From: Bacteroidota bacterium
GTDB taxonomy: Bacteria > Bacteroidota > Bacteroidia > Palsa-965
Direction: 5' to 3'
Assembly: GCA_013298545.1 (NCBI GenBank)
Contig: JAAFIA010000010.1
Coordinates: forward strand, 5,789 to 69,788
Length of the DNA stretch: 64,000 bases
Shown here: piece after piece, positions 25,030 through 35,173 of the stretch
Numbering within the stretch: position 1 is the stretch's first letter
Layout of the letters: each line of letters starts with the position of its first letter
Notes under the pieces: model-generated
Told to the model about the DNA's origin: nothing
The model's database searches: none
Seen by the model: the letters and a program-made list of their open reading frames with translations, nothing else
Position numbers and translations under genes: made by a program

Positions 25030-28000
25030 CTATCGAATAATGGAAACGCGTCCGAGTAGTGCTTGCTTTTTACCCGTTTCATCAACTACTTTGATTTTCC
25101 AAACATAGGTGTCGATTTGGCAAAGGACATCGGAGCCTTGCACTTTTCCGTCCCAACCTTTATTCATGTTGTCGGAATAGAAAATCAGGTTGCCCCAGCG
25201 ATCGAAAATCCACATTTCGAATTTGTCGGGATCAATGCCTAAGCCTTGTGCAAAGAACATATCGTTAGATCCATCACCATTCGGTGTGAACGCATTCGGA
25301 ACATACAACGACATATCTGGATCGATGCAAACAGAGTCGCTGGCCATATCCACACAGCCATCGGCAGAGCGAACGGTAAGCACAACTTCATAACACCCAG
25401 ATGCCGGATATTCAAAGCTCGGATTCTGGTCTGTTGAAGAAGCATTTGTCAGATCGCCAAATGTCCAATTCCAAGTGGTTGCATTGATGGATGCATCTGT
25501 GAAATTAATTATCGGATTCAGAATGGTTGTTGGTTGTGGACCTGCTGTAAATGCGGCGGTTGGTAATGCAAACACATTGATGTAATTGTTCATGACAATG
25601 GTGTGCGTACATCCGTCGGCTGTTGTTACCGTTAATGTTACATTGTATGGCCCAGCGAGGTTATACGTGTGCGAAGGGTTTTGTTGGTTGCTGGTATTGC
25701 CATCGCCAAAATCCCAAGCCCATGATGTGATATTGCCTGGAGCAGCAACGGCAGACAGGTCGCTGAAGTTGACCGAAAGCGGCATACAACCAGATGTAAC
25801 ATCGGCTAACAAATCAGCAACAGGTACTGGGCTAATTGTTACAACCATTGAATCGAGTGCCGTGCAGCCATTATTATCCGTAGCTGTAATCACGTATGTT
25901 GTCGTGGTTGATGGAGAAACAGACGGGTTGTTTCCGTTGATATTTCCTGGCATCCAGTTGTACGTGTAATTTGGGCTACCTCCGTTGGCAAGTGCAAAGA
26001 GTGGTACTGCCCCTCCATTACAAACAGCAGGCCACGGTTGTGCCGCAACGTTCACAACAAGTTGAGCGGGTTGGAGAATAACGATATTGACCGTCGTAGA
26101 GCAGCCATCGCCATCAGTAACAACGCAACTGTAATTTCCGGCACAAAGGTTGTTTTCTGTTGGGTTGTTATTGGCACTAGAAGACCAAGCGTAGCTATAC
26201 ACTGGATTATTTCCACCGCTTGCACTGATTGTCGCAGAGCCATTACAATCGCCAAAGCATTGTGGATTTGTGCTGGATGTTAATGTTGCAGTAACACCAG
26301 AAAGGTTGTTGACCGTAATATTGTCTGTGGCGGTACATCCATTAGCGTCTGTTACAACTACCGAATACGAGTTTGCTGGTAATCCAGATCCATTTTGCTG
26401 TTGCAGGTTGCCCGGATTCCAAACATATTGATAACCTGGACTTCCACCACTAGCAATAACGCCAACAGTACCATTCGATTGATTGCAATTTTCATCCGTA
26501 GCACTCATGGCTAAGGTGATTTGTGGTGGTTCTGTGATGGTAAAATTTGCTTGCGCGGTACAACCGTTTGCATCTGTTATCACACACGAGTAATTGCCTG
26601 CTTGTAGGTTTGATGTTGAGTTTGTTACAGCAGCATTAGACCAGAAGTAGGTGTAGTTCGGTGTTCCTCCAGATGGAGTTACGGTGGCATCTCCTGAGCT
26701 TCCACCGAAACACAAAACATCGGTTTGTGTATTTTGAGTGGTGAGTTGTGTAGGTTCTGCGATGGTTACGGTAATGGTTGCAATACAACCATTGGCATCT
26801 GTTACAGTAAGGGTATGTGTGCCGGGTGGCATATTGGTTTCTGCTGCTGCCGCACCTCCTGTTGACCAAGCATAGGTGTATGGTGCTTGACCAGAGGATA
26901 CATTTACAGTAGCTGTTCCATTGTTTGCACCAAAACAGGTAATATCTGTGAAATTGGCCACTTGAAGCGTTGGCCCAGGTGTATTGGTGAGTGTTACGGT
27001 TATGGTCTCAATACAACCATTAGCATCTGTGGCCGTGCAGGTATATGAGCCGGCAGCTAGATTCGATGCTGTATTGGAGTTTCCGGTATTGGCATTTGCC
27101 GACCACACCCATGAATAATTTGGACTTCCTCCGGCAGCGGCAACAGCTATATTTCCATTTGCACTACTGCACGATTCATTGACGGTACTTGGTGTTAGCG
27201 TTAGGTCAGGTGGTTCTGTTATGGTAATGACCTGCTGCCCCGTACACCCATTCGCGTCGGTTACGGTAACACTATAGGTTCCTGTACATAAATTGAACGC
27301 ATTGTTCAAAGGTCCAGCTGTAATGTTGGGTACAAATGGCGACCAAGTATAAGTATATGGTCCATTTCCCGATGTAGCGGTTGTTTGTAACGATCCATTA
27401 CATTGCCCGTTGCAGAGCACATTGTTTTGTACTGCGGTCGAAGTAATGTTGCCGCCTACGGCAGGAACGTTGACTGTTGCAGTCATCGTATAGCAAGAGT
27501 TTGTTACGGTAACCGTATGCGTTCCCGCGCAAAGTCCGCTTGCTGTGGCTGTATTGCCGCCGCTAGGTGCCCAACTGTAATTGTAGTTGCCTGCTGGGAC
27601 AACATTTACCGTGGCCGTTCCATTACAAACAGAACATGTTGCAGGCGTAGCACTCATGTTGAGTTGAAGTGCGGATGCTTGAGGACAAACAGCGCAGTTT
27701 GTGGTTTGGTAGTACATGCCAATCACACAAAGATTGAAGCAGTCGCCGCCGGATGTTAAAGTGTAGTTTGCGTTATTTTGGCCAATGTTTACGGTGGTTG
27801 CCACAGAAACATAATTCCACCAATTCCATACAAATGGAGCATTGGTGCCATTCATAGTGAGTGTTTGGCCATTCAATTGAATATCGCCAACCATACAGAA
27901 TGCGCGTGCGTTGACAGTTGTTTGGCAAACATTGAGACCGGTAACGGTTTGTGTTGTCGTTCCACCGTTAACAACCATCGCACCATCATGGATAACCATT

Positions 28001-28623
28001 GTGCCGCGATAATTGACTGTTGGGTCGGCCCAGATAACCATCAATGTGGCTCCATCCATATCATTTCCAGCGGTTGGTGGATTCGTCAAAATACCACTAA
28101 TGTTGTAAGTGCCATTTCCGGTAATACATGCTGTAACGTCGGCGCGGTAGGTGTGCGAGCCAGCATATCCCCAGCATTTGTCAGGGCCACTACCAACAAG
28201 CGTCATTGGAAATGGAGTTGAAACTAAATTAGGATTAACAATGGTTGCTGTTTGAGCCATACCTGTACCAGATCCTTCTGTCCAGAGGTAGGCACGTTCA
28301 ATGGTAGCGCAAGCCGGAATACCTGTAATAACAAAAGGCGCTGGTTGCAAAACACCATTCAAAGAGCCGCGTCGTCCAAGTCGCTGAGAGGCGGTTGAGA
28401 AATTTAGCCCGCACTTGGAGAAATTATAGATCTGACCAAGTGTTTGGTTGCCGTTTTGCGGATTTTGTGGCGGTCCACCATTACGTTGGTTATTACTGTT
28501 GGCAGGGTAACCACAAGCGCCTGGAATACCCGGACAGTTTGTAGTTGTTGCTTGCTGTGCCCATACGATTGATACGGGGAGGAGGAAGGCAAGCAGGAGC
28601 GAGAACCGTAAAGATGATCTCAT
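25030..28623 (-). CDS. T9SS type B adhesin-like protein: conserved N-terminal head, SprB repeats, PKD, CHU_C CTD
   Basis: Probable start MRSSLRFS; DKCWGY..TYRADVT head; repeated C..NG..T...GG...Y.W...L.AG.Y..TVTDANGC; VPNAFTPNGDG...FDRWG. Confidence 0.9.
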   Translation of the reverse strand: MRSSLRFSLLLAFLLPVSIVWAQQATTTNCPGIPGACGYPANSNNQRNGGPPQNPQNGNQTLGQIYNFSKCGLNFSTASQRLGRRGSLNGVLQPAPFVITGIPACATIERAYLWTEGSGTGMAQTATIVNPNLVSTPFPMTLVGSGPDKCWGYAGSHTYRADVTACITGNGTYNISGILTNPPTAGNDMDGATLMVIWADPTVNYRGTMVIHDGAMVVNGGTTTQTVTGLNVCQTTVNARAFCMVGDIQLNGQTLTMNGTNAPFVWNWWNYVSVATTVNIGQNNANYTLTSGGDCFNLCVIGMYYQTTNCAVCPQASALQLNMSATPATCSVCNGTATVNVVPAGNYNYSWAPSGGNTATASGLCAGTHTVTVTNSCYTMTATVNVPAVGGNITSTAVQNNVLCNGQCNGSLQTTATSGNGPYTYTWSPFVPNITAGPLNNAFNLCTGTYSVTVTDANGCTGQQVITITEPPDLTLTPSTVNESCSSANGNIAVAAAGGSPNYSWVWSANANTGNSNTASNLAAGSYTCTATDANGCIETITVTLTNTPGPTLQVANFTDITCFGANNGTATVNVSSGQAPYTYAWSTGGAAAAETNMPPGTHTLTVTDANGCIATITVTIAEPTQLTTQNTQTDVLCFGGSSGDATVTPSGGTPNYTYFWSNAAVTNSTSNLQAGNYSCVITDANGCTAQANFTITEPPQITLAMSATDENCNQSNGTVGVIASGGSPGYQYVWNPGNLQQQNGSGLPANSYSVVVTDANGCTATDNITVNNLSGVTATLTSSTNPQCFGDCNGSATISASGGNNPVYSYAWSSSANNNPTENNLCAGNYSCVVTDGDGCSTTVNIVILQPAQLVVNVAAQPWPAVCNGGAVPLFALANGGSPNYTYNWMPGNINGNNPSVSPSTTTTYVITATDNNGCTALDSMVVTISPVPVADLLADVTSGCMPLSVNFSDLSAVAAPGNITSWAWDFGDGNTSNQQNPSHTYNLAGPYNVTLTVTTADGCTHTIVMNNYINVFALPTAAFTAGPQPTTILNPIINFTDASINATTWNWTFGDLTNASSTDQNPSFEYPASGCYEVVLTVRSADGCVDMASDSVCIDPDMSLYVPNAFTPNGDGSNDMFFAQGLGIDPDKFEMWIFDRWGNLIFYSDNMNKGWDGKVQGSDVLCQIDTYVWKIKVVDETGKKQALLGRVSIIR

Positions 28624-28778
28624 ACCAATATGTATTATGTGTGAAATTCCGGTGTGTGTGGTAATTCTTTCCGAAATGTATAACAATTTTACAGAGAACC
28701 AAATTTTTTTCAGAAAAAATATGGAATTGTGTTTTTTTTGGCCCGTATCTGGTTTCGATGTTAAAACATCAATAATAG

Positions 28779-28814
28779 AAAAGCGGCAAATCCATTTTTG
28801 AATTTGCCGCTTTT
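28779..28814 (-). terminator. Rho-independent terminator
   Basis: aaaagcggcaaat...atttgccgctttt. Confidence 0.8.
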
Positions 28815-28830
28815 CGGAATAAATCGAAAT

Positions 28831-31800
28831 TTATTTGACGATGCTTACACGTCCCAATAGGTTGTGTTTTTTACCCATTAAGTCCACAGCTTTGATTTTC
28901 CAAACATAGGTATCAATTTGGCAGACTTCATCTGAGCCTTGAACCTTACCATTCCATCCTTTGTTCAGATCATCCGTATAGAAAATCATGTTGCCCCAGC
29001 GGTCGAAAATCCACATCTCAAACTGATTTGGATCGATACCAATACCTTGTGGAATGAATATCTCATTAGATTCATCTCCATTCGGCGAAAACGCATTGGG
29101 CACATACAACGTAACATCAGGATCAATGCAAATGAGTTCGCTTGTTGTATCAATACAACCATCAGCAGATGTTACTGTTAAAAGGGCCTGATAGCATTCT
29201 GGATTTGAATACGTGAAAACAGGATTCTGATCGCTAGAAGACGAACCTGCAATATCGCCAAAACTCCACGACCAAGCAACCGCACCGATAGATTGGTCGG
29301 TAAAGGTAATCGTCGGATTTAATTCTGTTACAGGTTGCGGTCCAGCAATAAATGCCGCAATTGGATTGCTAAACACATTGATGTAATTGTTCATCACAAT
29401 GGTGTGCGTACAACCATCAGCAGTTGTTACCGTTAATGTAATGGTATATGGCCCAGGGTTCGTGTAGGTATGCGACGGATTTTGCTGATTGCTCGTGTTA
29501 CCATCGCCAAAATCCCAGAACCACGAAGTAATCACACCGGGCGACGCAACCGTCGATACATCCGAGAAGTTTACGGTTAATGGTGAGCACCCCGATGTTA
29601 CATCAGAACTGATTGTCGCTACTGGGGTTGGATTGATGGTGATGACCATGCTGTCCAACGAACTACATCCATTGGCATCGGTAGCCGTAATAACATACGT
29701 TGTTGTTTGGGTTGGAGAGACTGACGGATTGTTTCCATTCACATTTCCAGGCGCCCATACATACGAATAGTTTGGAGTACCGCCATTGGCCAATGCAAAT
29801 AATTGGGTCGAAGCGCCTACACAAATTGATGGCCAAGGTTGAGCGGCAACATTGACAACCAGTTGTGACGGTTGAAGGATAACAACATTCGATGTGGCTG
29901 TACACCCATCGCCATCGGTAACAACACAACTGTAATTACCAACGCACAACCCGTTTTCGGTTGCGGCATTTCCACCCGAAGACCAGACATAAGAATAAGT
30001 TGGGTTATTTCCACCACTCGCCAAAACGGTTGCCGAGCCATTGCAATCGCCAAAGCACGTTGCATTGCTAGAGCTTACAATCGCCAGATTGACTCCAGAT
30101 AAATTCGCTACGGTAACACTGTCGGTTGCCGTACATCCATTGGCATCTGTTACGGTTACAGCATAAGTATTTGCTGGTAGGCCAGATCCGTTTTGTTGTG
30201 CTAGATTGCCCGGCTGCCACAGGTATTGATAATTGGGGTTTCCGCCTGATGCAATAACACCTACCGTTCCATTCGATTGTCCGCAATTTTCATCTGTCGA
30301 ACTCATGGCAAGTGTCATGCCTGGTGGTTCTGTAATGACATACGTTAGTGTTGTCGTACATCCGTTGGCATCTGAAACCACGCAAGAATAATTTCCTGCG
30401 ATAAGATTCGACTCTGTACTACCAACGCCATTTGTGTTCCAGAGGTAGGTGTAATTGGGTGTGCCACCTGCCGCTGTTGCTGTCGCAGATCCCGTATTTG
30501 CACCAAAACACATTACATCAACCTGCGACGCGGTAGCCGTCAATACTGGCGGTTCGGTAATGGTGTAGGTTGACGTTGCTGTACATCCATTCGCGTCTGT
30601 AACCACACACGAATAATTTCCTGCAACAAGATTGGATTCTGTACTTCCAACGCCGTTTGTATTCCAGAGGTAAGAATAGTTGGGCGTTCCTCCAGAAGGC
30701 GTAATGGTGGCTGATCCTGTGGTATTTCCAAAACACAATACGTCAACTTGCGAACTGGCAGCCGTTAACTGCGTTGGCTCTGTTATGGTTACTACGGCTG
30801 TGTCAGAACAACTGTTTGCATCTGTTACGGTAACCGTGTATTGTCCTTGTGTCAAATTATTTTCAGTAGCCGCATTGCCACCCGATGACCAAACATAGGT
30901 GTATGGGCCTGAACCTCCAACTACATTCACGGTTGCCGATCCGTCATTTCCGCCGAAACAAGAAACGTTTGTCGAACTAGCCATCTGAGCCGTTGGAGAA
31001 CCCGCATTGGTTAAAGTTACCGTAATTGTTAGCGAACAGCCATTTTGGTCTGTAGCTGTACAGGTATATGATCCTGCAAGAAGATTACTTACAGTTGCTG
31101 TGTTTCCAATATTGGGATTCCACGTCCACACGAAGCCCGGAGAACCGCCACCCGGCGTTACGGTAATGCTTCCATTCGCATTGCCACACGTTGTGTTGAC
31201 AACTGCTGGAGTTAAGGTAATTGCTGGTGGTTGGGTAATATTGAATGACTGTGTTGTTGTACATCCATTGGCATCCGTAATTGTGCAGCTATATTGTCCG
31301 ATGATTAGGTTTGAAGCCGTTGCACTATTTCCGCCCGATGGTTGCCAGTTATATTGATAAGCTCCAACACCACCACTTGCAACAACACTCGCAGAACCTG
31401 TATTACCACCAAAGCAAGCAACATTTATTGAACTTGACGTTGCCGTCAATTGCGGAGGTTGTGTGATGGTAATCGTTTGTTGTACCGAACACCCTTGTGC
31501 ATCTGTTGCGGTGCAAGTATAAGACCCAGCCACAAGATTCGATGCGGTGTTCGTATTACTCACATTCGGATTCCAGACATACGTTACGTTACCATTGTTT
31601 CCAGTAACTGTAACTGTTGCCGATCCTGTTCCACCGAAACAGAGAATATTGGTTACGGCATTGGTCGCCGCAATGGCCGAAGAAGGCGAAACCGTTGCCG
31701 TTACTAAAGCCGTACAACCATTTGCATCTGTAACTTGAATGTTGTAATTGCCCGGTGCAAGGTTGGTTGCTGTATTGGTCGCACTCACATTTGGATTCCA

Positions 31801-34800
31801 CGTGTAAGTATAGTTTGGCGATCCACCACCAGCTGTAACGGTAATCGAACCATTGTTGTTGCCGCAGGTTGCCGCAACGGCAAGTGCAGAAGCCGTAAGC
31901 GCAGGTGGTTGTGTGATGGTGAACGAACGTGTTGCTGTACAACCATTGATGTCTGTAATGGTACAGGTATAAGTTCCTGCACATAAGTTAGAAGCAGTAG
32001 CCGCATTACCACCGCTCGGCGCCCACGCATACGTGTAGCCCGGCGATCCGCCCGATGGATTGACTGTAGCCGATCCTGTGCATTGACCATTACAAAGAAC
32101 GTTCACTTGCGACCCAGTTGATGTTAATTGCGGAGGTTGTGTGATGGTAATCGTTTGTTGTACTGAACACCCTTGTGCATCTGTTGCAGTGCAAGTATAA
32201 GACCCAGCCACAAGATTCGATGCGGTGTTCGTATTACTCACATTCGGATTCCAGACATACGTTACGTTACCATTGTTTCCGGTAACGGTAACCGTTGCCG
32301 ATCCTGTTCCACCGAAACAGAGAATATTGGTTACGGCATTGGTCGCTGCAATGGCCGAAGAAGGCGAAACCGTTGCCGTTACTAAAGCCGTACAACCATT
32401 TGCATCCGTAACTTGAATGCTGTAATTGCCCGGTGCAAGGTTGGTTGCTGTATTGGTCGCACTCACATTTGGATTCCACGTGTAAGTATAGTTTGGCGAT
32501 CCACCACCAGCTGTAACGGTAATCGAACCATTGTTGTTGCCGCAGGTTGCCGCAACGGCAAGCGCAGAAGCTGTAAGCGCAGGTGGTTGTGTGATGGTGA
32601 ACGAACGTGTTGCTGTACAACCATTCGCATCTGTTATGGTACAGGTATAAGTTCCCGCACATAAGTTAGAAGCAGTAGCCGCATTACCACCGCTCGGCGC
32701 CCACGCATACGTGTAGCCCGGCGATCCACCCGATGGATTGACTGTAGCCGATCCTGTGCATTGTCCATTACAAAGAACGTTCACTTGCGATCCGGTTGAG
32801 GTTATTGCAGTTGGTTGTGTGATGGCAAATGTGCGTGTTGTGGTACATCCATTGGCATCGGTAACGGTACAGGTGTAGTTTCCTGCACAGAGGTTAGAGG
32901 CCGTTGCGGCATTACCACCACTTGGTGCCCAAGCGTAAGTATAACCTGGTGATCCTCCTGATGGATTTACCGTGGCTGAGCCAATACATTGGCCATTGCA
33001 AACAAGATTGACTTGCGATCCCGTTGTTGTTAACGCAGGTGGTTGTGTAATCGTAAACGTGCGTGTTGCCGTACATCCGTTTGCATCTGTAACGGTACAC
33101 GTATATGTTCCTGCACAAAGATTTGAAGCTGTTGCGGCATTACCACCACTTGGTGCCCAAGCGTATGTATAGCCCGGCGAACCGCCTGATGGGTTGACTG
33201 TTGCGGAACCCGTACAGAATCCATTACACAACACGTTTACTTGCGATCCAGTTGTTGTTAGTGCGGTTGGTTGTGTGATGGTAAATGAACGCGTTGTCGT
33301 ACACCCATTCGCATCAGTTATGGTACACGTATAAGTTCCCGCACATCGATTTGATGCTGTCGCCGTATTACCACCACTTGGAGCCCAAGAATAGGTATAT
33401 CCCGGCGATCCTCCGGCTGCTACAACCGTTGCCGATCCGGTACATTGTCCATTACACAAGATATTCACTTGCGATCCGGTCGATGTTAAGAGTGGCGGTT
33501 GTGTTATCGTAACGGTTCGCGTCCCTGTACAGCCATTTGCATCTGTTACCGTTACCGTATAGGTACCTGCACAGAGGTTACTTGCGGTATTTGTTGCTCC
33601 AACCGTATTGTTTGGAACGTTTGGCGACCATGTGTACGTATATGGCCCATTACCACCAACAACAGTAGATGTTGCCGTACCGTTGCATTGGCCGTTACAT
33701 AAAACGCTGGTTTGCGATCCATTTAATGTTAAGCCGCCACCCGTACTGGCAACGGTAACTGTTGCCGTTGCAGTTTGACAAGCACTTGTAACGGTAACCG
33801 TATAAGTTCCTGGACATAGGTTTGTGGCTGTTGCCGCATTTCCGCCACTTGGAGACCATGAATAGGTATAAGCTCCAGCAGGCACAACGTTAACGGTTGC
33901 TGTTCCATTGCAATTAGAACAAGTAGCTGCCGTTGAACTCATATTGAGCGTTAAGGATGAAGGGGCAGGACAAACGGCGCATGTTGTTGTCCTATAATAC
34001 ATACCTATGACGCAGAGGTTGTAACAATCCCCCCCCGAATTGACTGTATAGGCTGATGTGGCCTGACCATTGACAAGCGTTGTTGGTACTGAAACATAAT
34101 TCCACCAATTCCACGCAAAAGGTGCATTTGTACCGTTCATCGTGAGCGAGTTTACGGCAAACTGAATATCACCAAGCATACAAAAAGCCGTTGCTGTATT
34201 GGTATTGGCACAAACCACAGGAGCATAGTTTACATTTTGCGTAGTAACACCACCATTGATAACAACCGCGCCATCATGAATGACCATTGTACCACGATAG
34301 TTAACCGTTGGATCTGACCAAATAACCATCAGCGTTGCGCCATCCATATCGTTGCCGGAATTTGGAGGGCTTGTCAATAAACCACTGATGTTGTATGTAC
34401 CATTGCCCGAAATACAAGAAGTAACGTCAGCACGATAGGTGTACGAACCTCCATATCCCCAACATTTATCAGGGCCTTGACCAACAATTGTCATTGGGTA
34501 GTTAAATGTAGCAGCGGCAGGATTCACAATTGTGGCTGTTTGCGCTGCACCGTTTCCTGAACCTTCGGCCCATAAATAAGCTCGTTCAATTGTTGCGCAA
34601 ATAGGAATACCGGCAATAGGAAATGGCGCTGGCTGAGGCACACCAATTGGATTGAACCGTTGCCCTAAACGCTGCGATGCAGTTGTAAAGTCAAGACCGC
34701 ATTTAGAAAAGTTGTAAATCTGACCCAACGTGCCGTTTCCGTTTTGCGGATTTTGTGGCGGAGCATTTCGTTGTGTGCTCACACTCGGGTAGCCACATGC

Positions 34801-34905
34801 ACCCGGGACACCCGGACAGCTCGTTGTTGCAGGTTGTTGTGCCCATACAAGCTGGCAGATAAAAATGAAAAATAGGGCAACGGAAGAACGTAGCGTTGTT
34901 CTCAT
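28831..34905 (-). CDS. Large T9SS type B adhesin-like protein (about 2020 aa) with a long SprB-repeat stalk
   Basis: Probable start MRTTLRSS; same head domain, many SprB repeats, 2 PKD, CHU_C CTD. Confidence 0.92.
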   Translation of the reverse strand: MRTTLRSSVALFFIFICQLVWAQQPATTSCPGVPGACGYPSVSTQRNAPPQNPQNGNGTLGQIYNFSKCGLDFTTASQRLGQRFNPIGVPQPAPFPIAGIPICATIERAYLWAEGSGNGAAQTATIVNPAAATFNYPMTIVGQGPDKCWGYGGSYTYRADVTSCISGNGTYNISGLLTSPPNSGNDMDGATLMVIWSDPTVNYRGTMVIHDGAVVINGGVTTQNVNYAPVVCANTNTATAFCMLGDIQFAVNSLTMNGTNAPFAWNWWNYVSVPTTLVNGQATSAYTVNSGGDCYNLCVIGMYYRTTTCAVCPAPSSLTLNMSSTAATCSNCNGTATVNVVPAGAYTYSWSPSGGNAATATNLCPGTYTVTVTSACQTATATVTVASTGGGLTLNGSQTSVLCNGQCNGTATSTVVGGNGPYTYTWSPNVPNNTVGATNTASNLCAGTYTVTVTDANGCTGTRTVTITQPPLLTSTGSQVNILCNGQCTGSATVVAAGGSPGYTYSWAPSGGNTATASNRCAGTYTCTITDANGCTTTRSFTITQPTALTTTGSQVNVLCNGFCTGSATVNPSGGSPGYTYAWAPSGGNAATASNLCAGTYTCTVTDANGCTATRTFTITQPPALTTTGSQVNLVCNGQCIGSATVNPSGGSPGYTYAWAPSGGNAATASNLCAGNYTCTVTDANGCTTTRTFAITQPTAITSTGSQVNVLCNGQCTGSATVNPSGGSPGYTYAWAPSGGNAATASNLCAGTYTCTITDANGCTATRSFTITQPPALTASALAVAATCGNNNGSITVTAGGGSPNYTYTWNPNVSATNTATNLAPGNYSIQVTDANGCTALVTATVSPSSAIAATNAVTNILCFGGTGSATVTVTGNNGNVTYVWNPNVSNTNTASNLVAGSYTCTATDAQGCSVQQTITITQPPQLTSTGSQVNVLCNGQCTGSATVNPSGGSPGYTYAWAPSGGNAATASNLCAGTYTCTITDINGCTATRSFTITQPPALTASALAVAATCGNNNGSITVTAGGGSPNYTYTWNPNVSATNTATNLAPGNYNIQVTDANGCTALVTATVSPSSAIAATNAVTNILCFGGTGSATVTVTGNNGNVTYVWNPNVSNTNTASNLVAGSYTCTATDAQGCSVQQTITITQPPQLTATSSSINVACFGGNTGSASVVASGGVGAYQYNWQPSGGNSATASNLIIGQYSCTITDANGCTTTQSFNITQPPAITLTPAVVNTTCGNANGSITVTPGGGSPGFVWTWNPNIGNTATVSNLLAGSYTCTATDQNGCSLTITVTLTNAGSPTAQMASSTNVSCFGGNDGSATVNVVGGSGPYTYVWSSGGNAATENNLTQGQYTVTVTDANSCSDTAVVTITEPTQLTAASSQVDVLCFGNTTGSATITPSGGTPNYSYLWNTNGVGSTESNLVAGNYSCVVTDANGCTATSTYTITEPPVLTATASQVDVMCFGANTGSATATAAGGTPNYTYLWNTNGVGSTESNLIAGNYSCVVSDANGCTTTLTYVITEPPGMTLAMSSTDENCGQSNGTVGVIASGGNPNYQYLWQPGNLAQQNGSGLPANTYAVTVTDANGCTATDSVTVANLSGVNLAIVSSSNATCFGDCNGSATVLASGGNNPTYSYVWSSGGNAATENGLCVGNYSCVVTDGDGCTATSNVVILQPSQLVVNVAAQPWPSICVGASTQLFALANGGTPNYSYVWAPGNVNGNNPSVSPTQTTTYVITATDANGCSSLDSMVITINPTPVATISSDVTSGCSPLTVNFSDVSTVASPGVITSWFWDFGDGNTSNQQNPSHTYTNPGPYTITLTVTTADGCTHTIVMNNYINVFSNPIAAFIAGPQPVTELNPTITFTDQSIGAVAWSWSFGDIAGSSSSDQNPVFTYSNPECYQALLTVTSADGCIDTTSELICIDPDVTLYVPNAFSPNGDESNEIFIPQGIGIDPNQFEMWIFDRWGNMIFYTDDLNKGWNGKVQGSDEVCQIDTYVWKIKAVDLMGKKHNLLGRVSIVK
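31448..32790. repeat. Near-identical intragenic tandem duplication, period 678 bp (226 aa)
   Basis: 31448-32112 matches 32126-32790; the ORF track also shows duplicated shadow ORFs at 31547/32225, 31589/32267 and 31735/32413. Confidence 0.9.
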
Positions 34906-35120
34906 AAGCAAGATAATAAAACAGGGCGTTTTTGAATTCCGGTGTTGGTGAACGAAAAGTAGAAAAAAAACGGAAACGACCAAATTTTTTTACCGAAAAT
35001 GTGAAGCGTAGTTGATAACTATACCACAGGCATGCTTTCAAATCCGCATGTGTTCGCTATTTCCAGCGACGTATGTTTACTGTGCGTTTTATACCACAAA
35101 TCAGATGAGTCTAAATATTA

Positions 35121-35151
35121 CAAAAAAACACGCCCGAAGCGTGTTTTTTTG
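35121..35151 (-). terminator. Rho-independent terminator
   Basis: caaaaaaacacgc-ccgaa-gcgtgtttttttg. Confidence 0.8.
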
Positions 35152-35173
35152 TAATCGAAAAATAAGCGTTTTT

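Noticed and set aside
31448-32790. Diversity-generating retroelement template/variable repeat pair
   Set aside because: The copies are tandem and in frame, the differences do not appear adenine-specific, and no reverse transcriptase is present.
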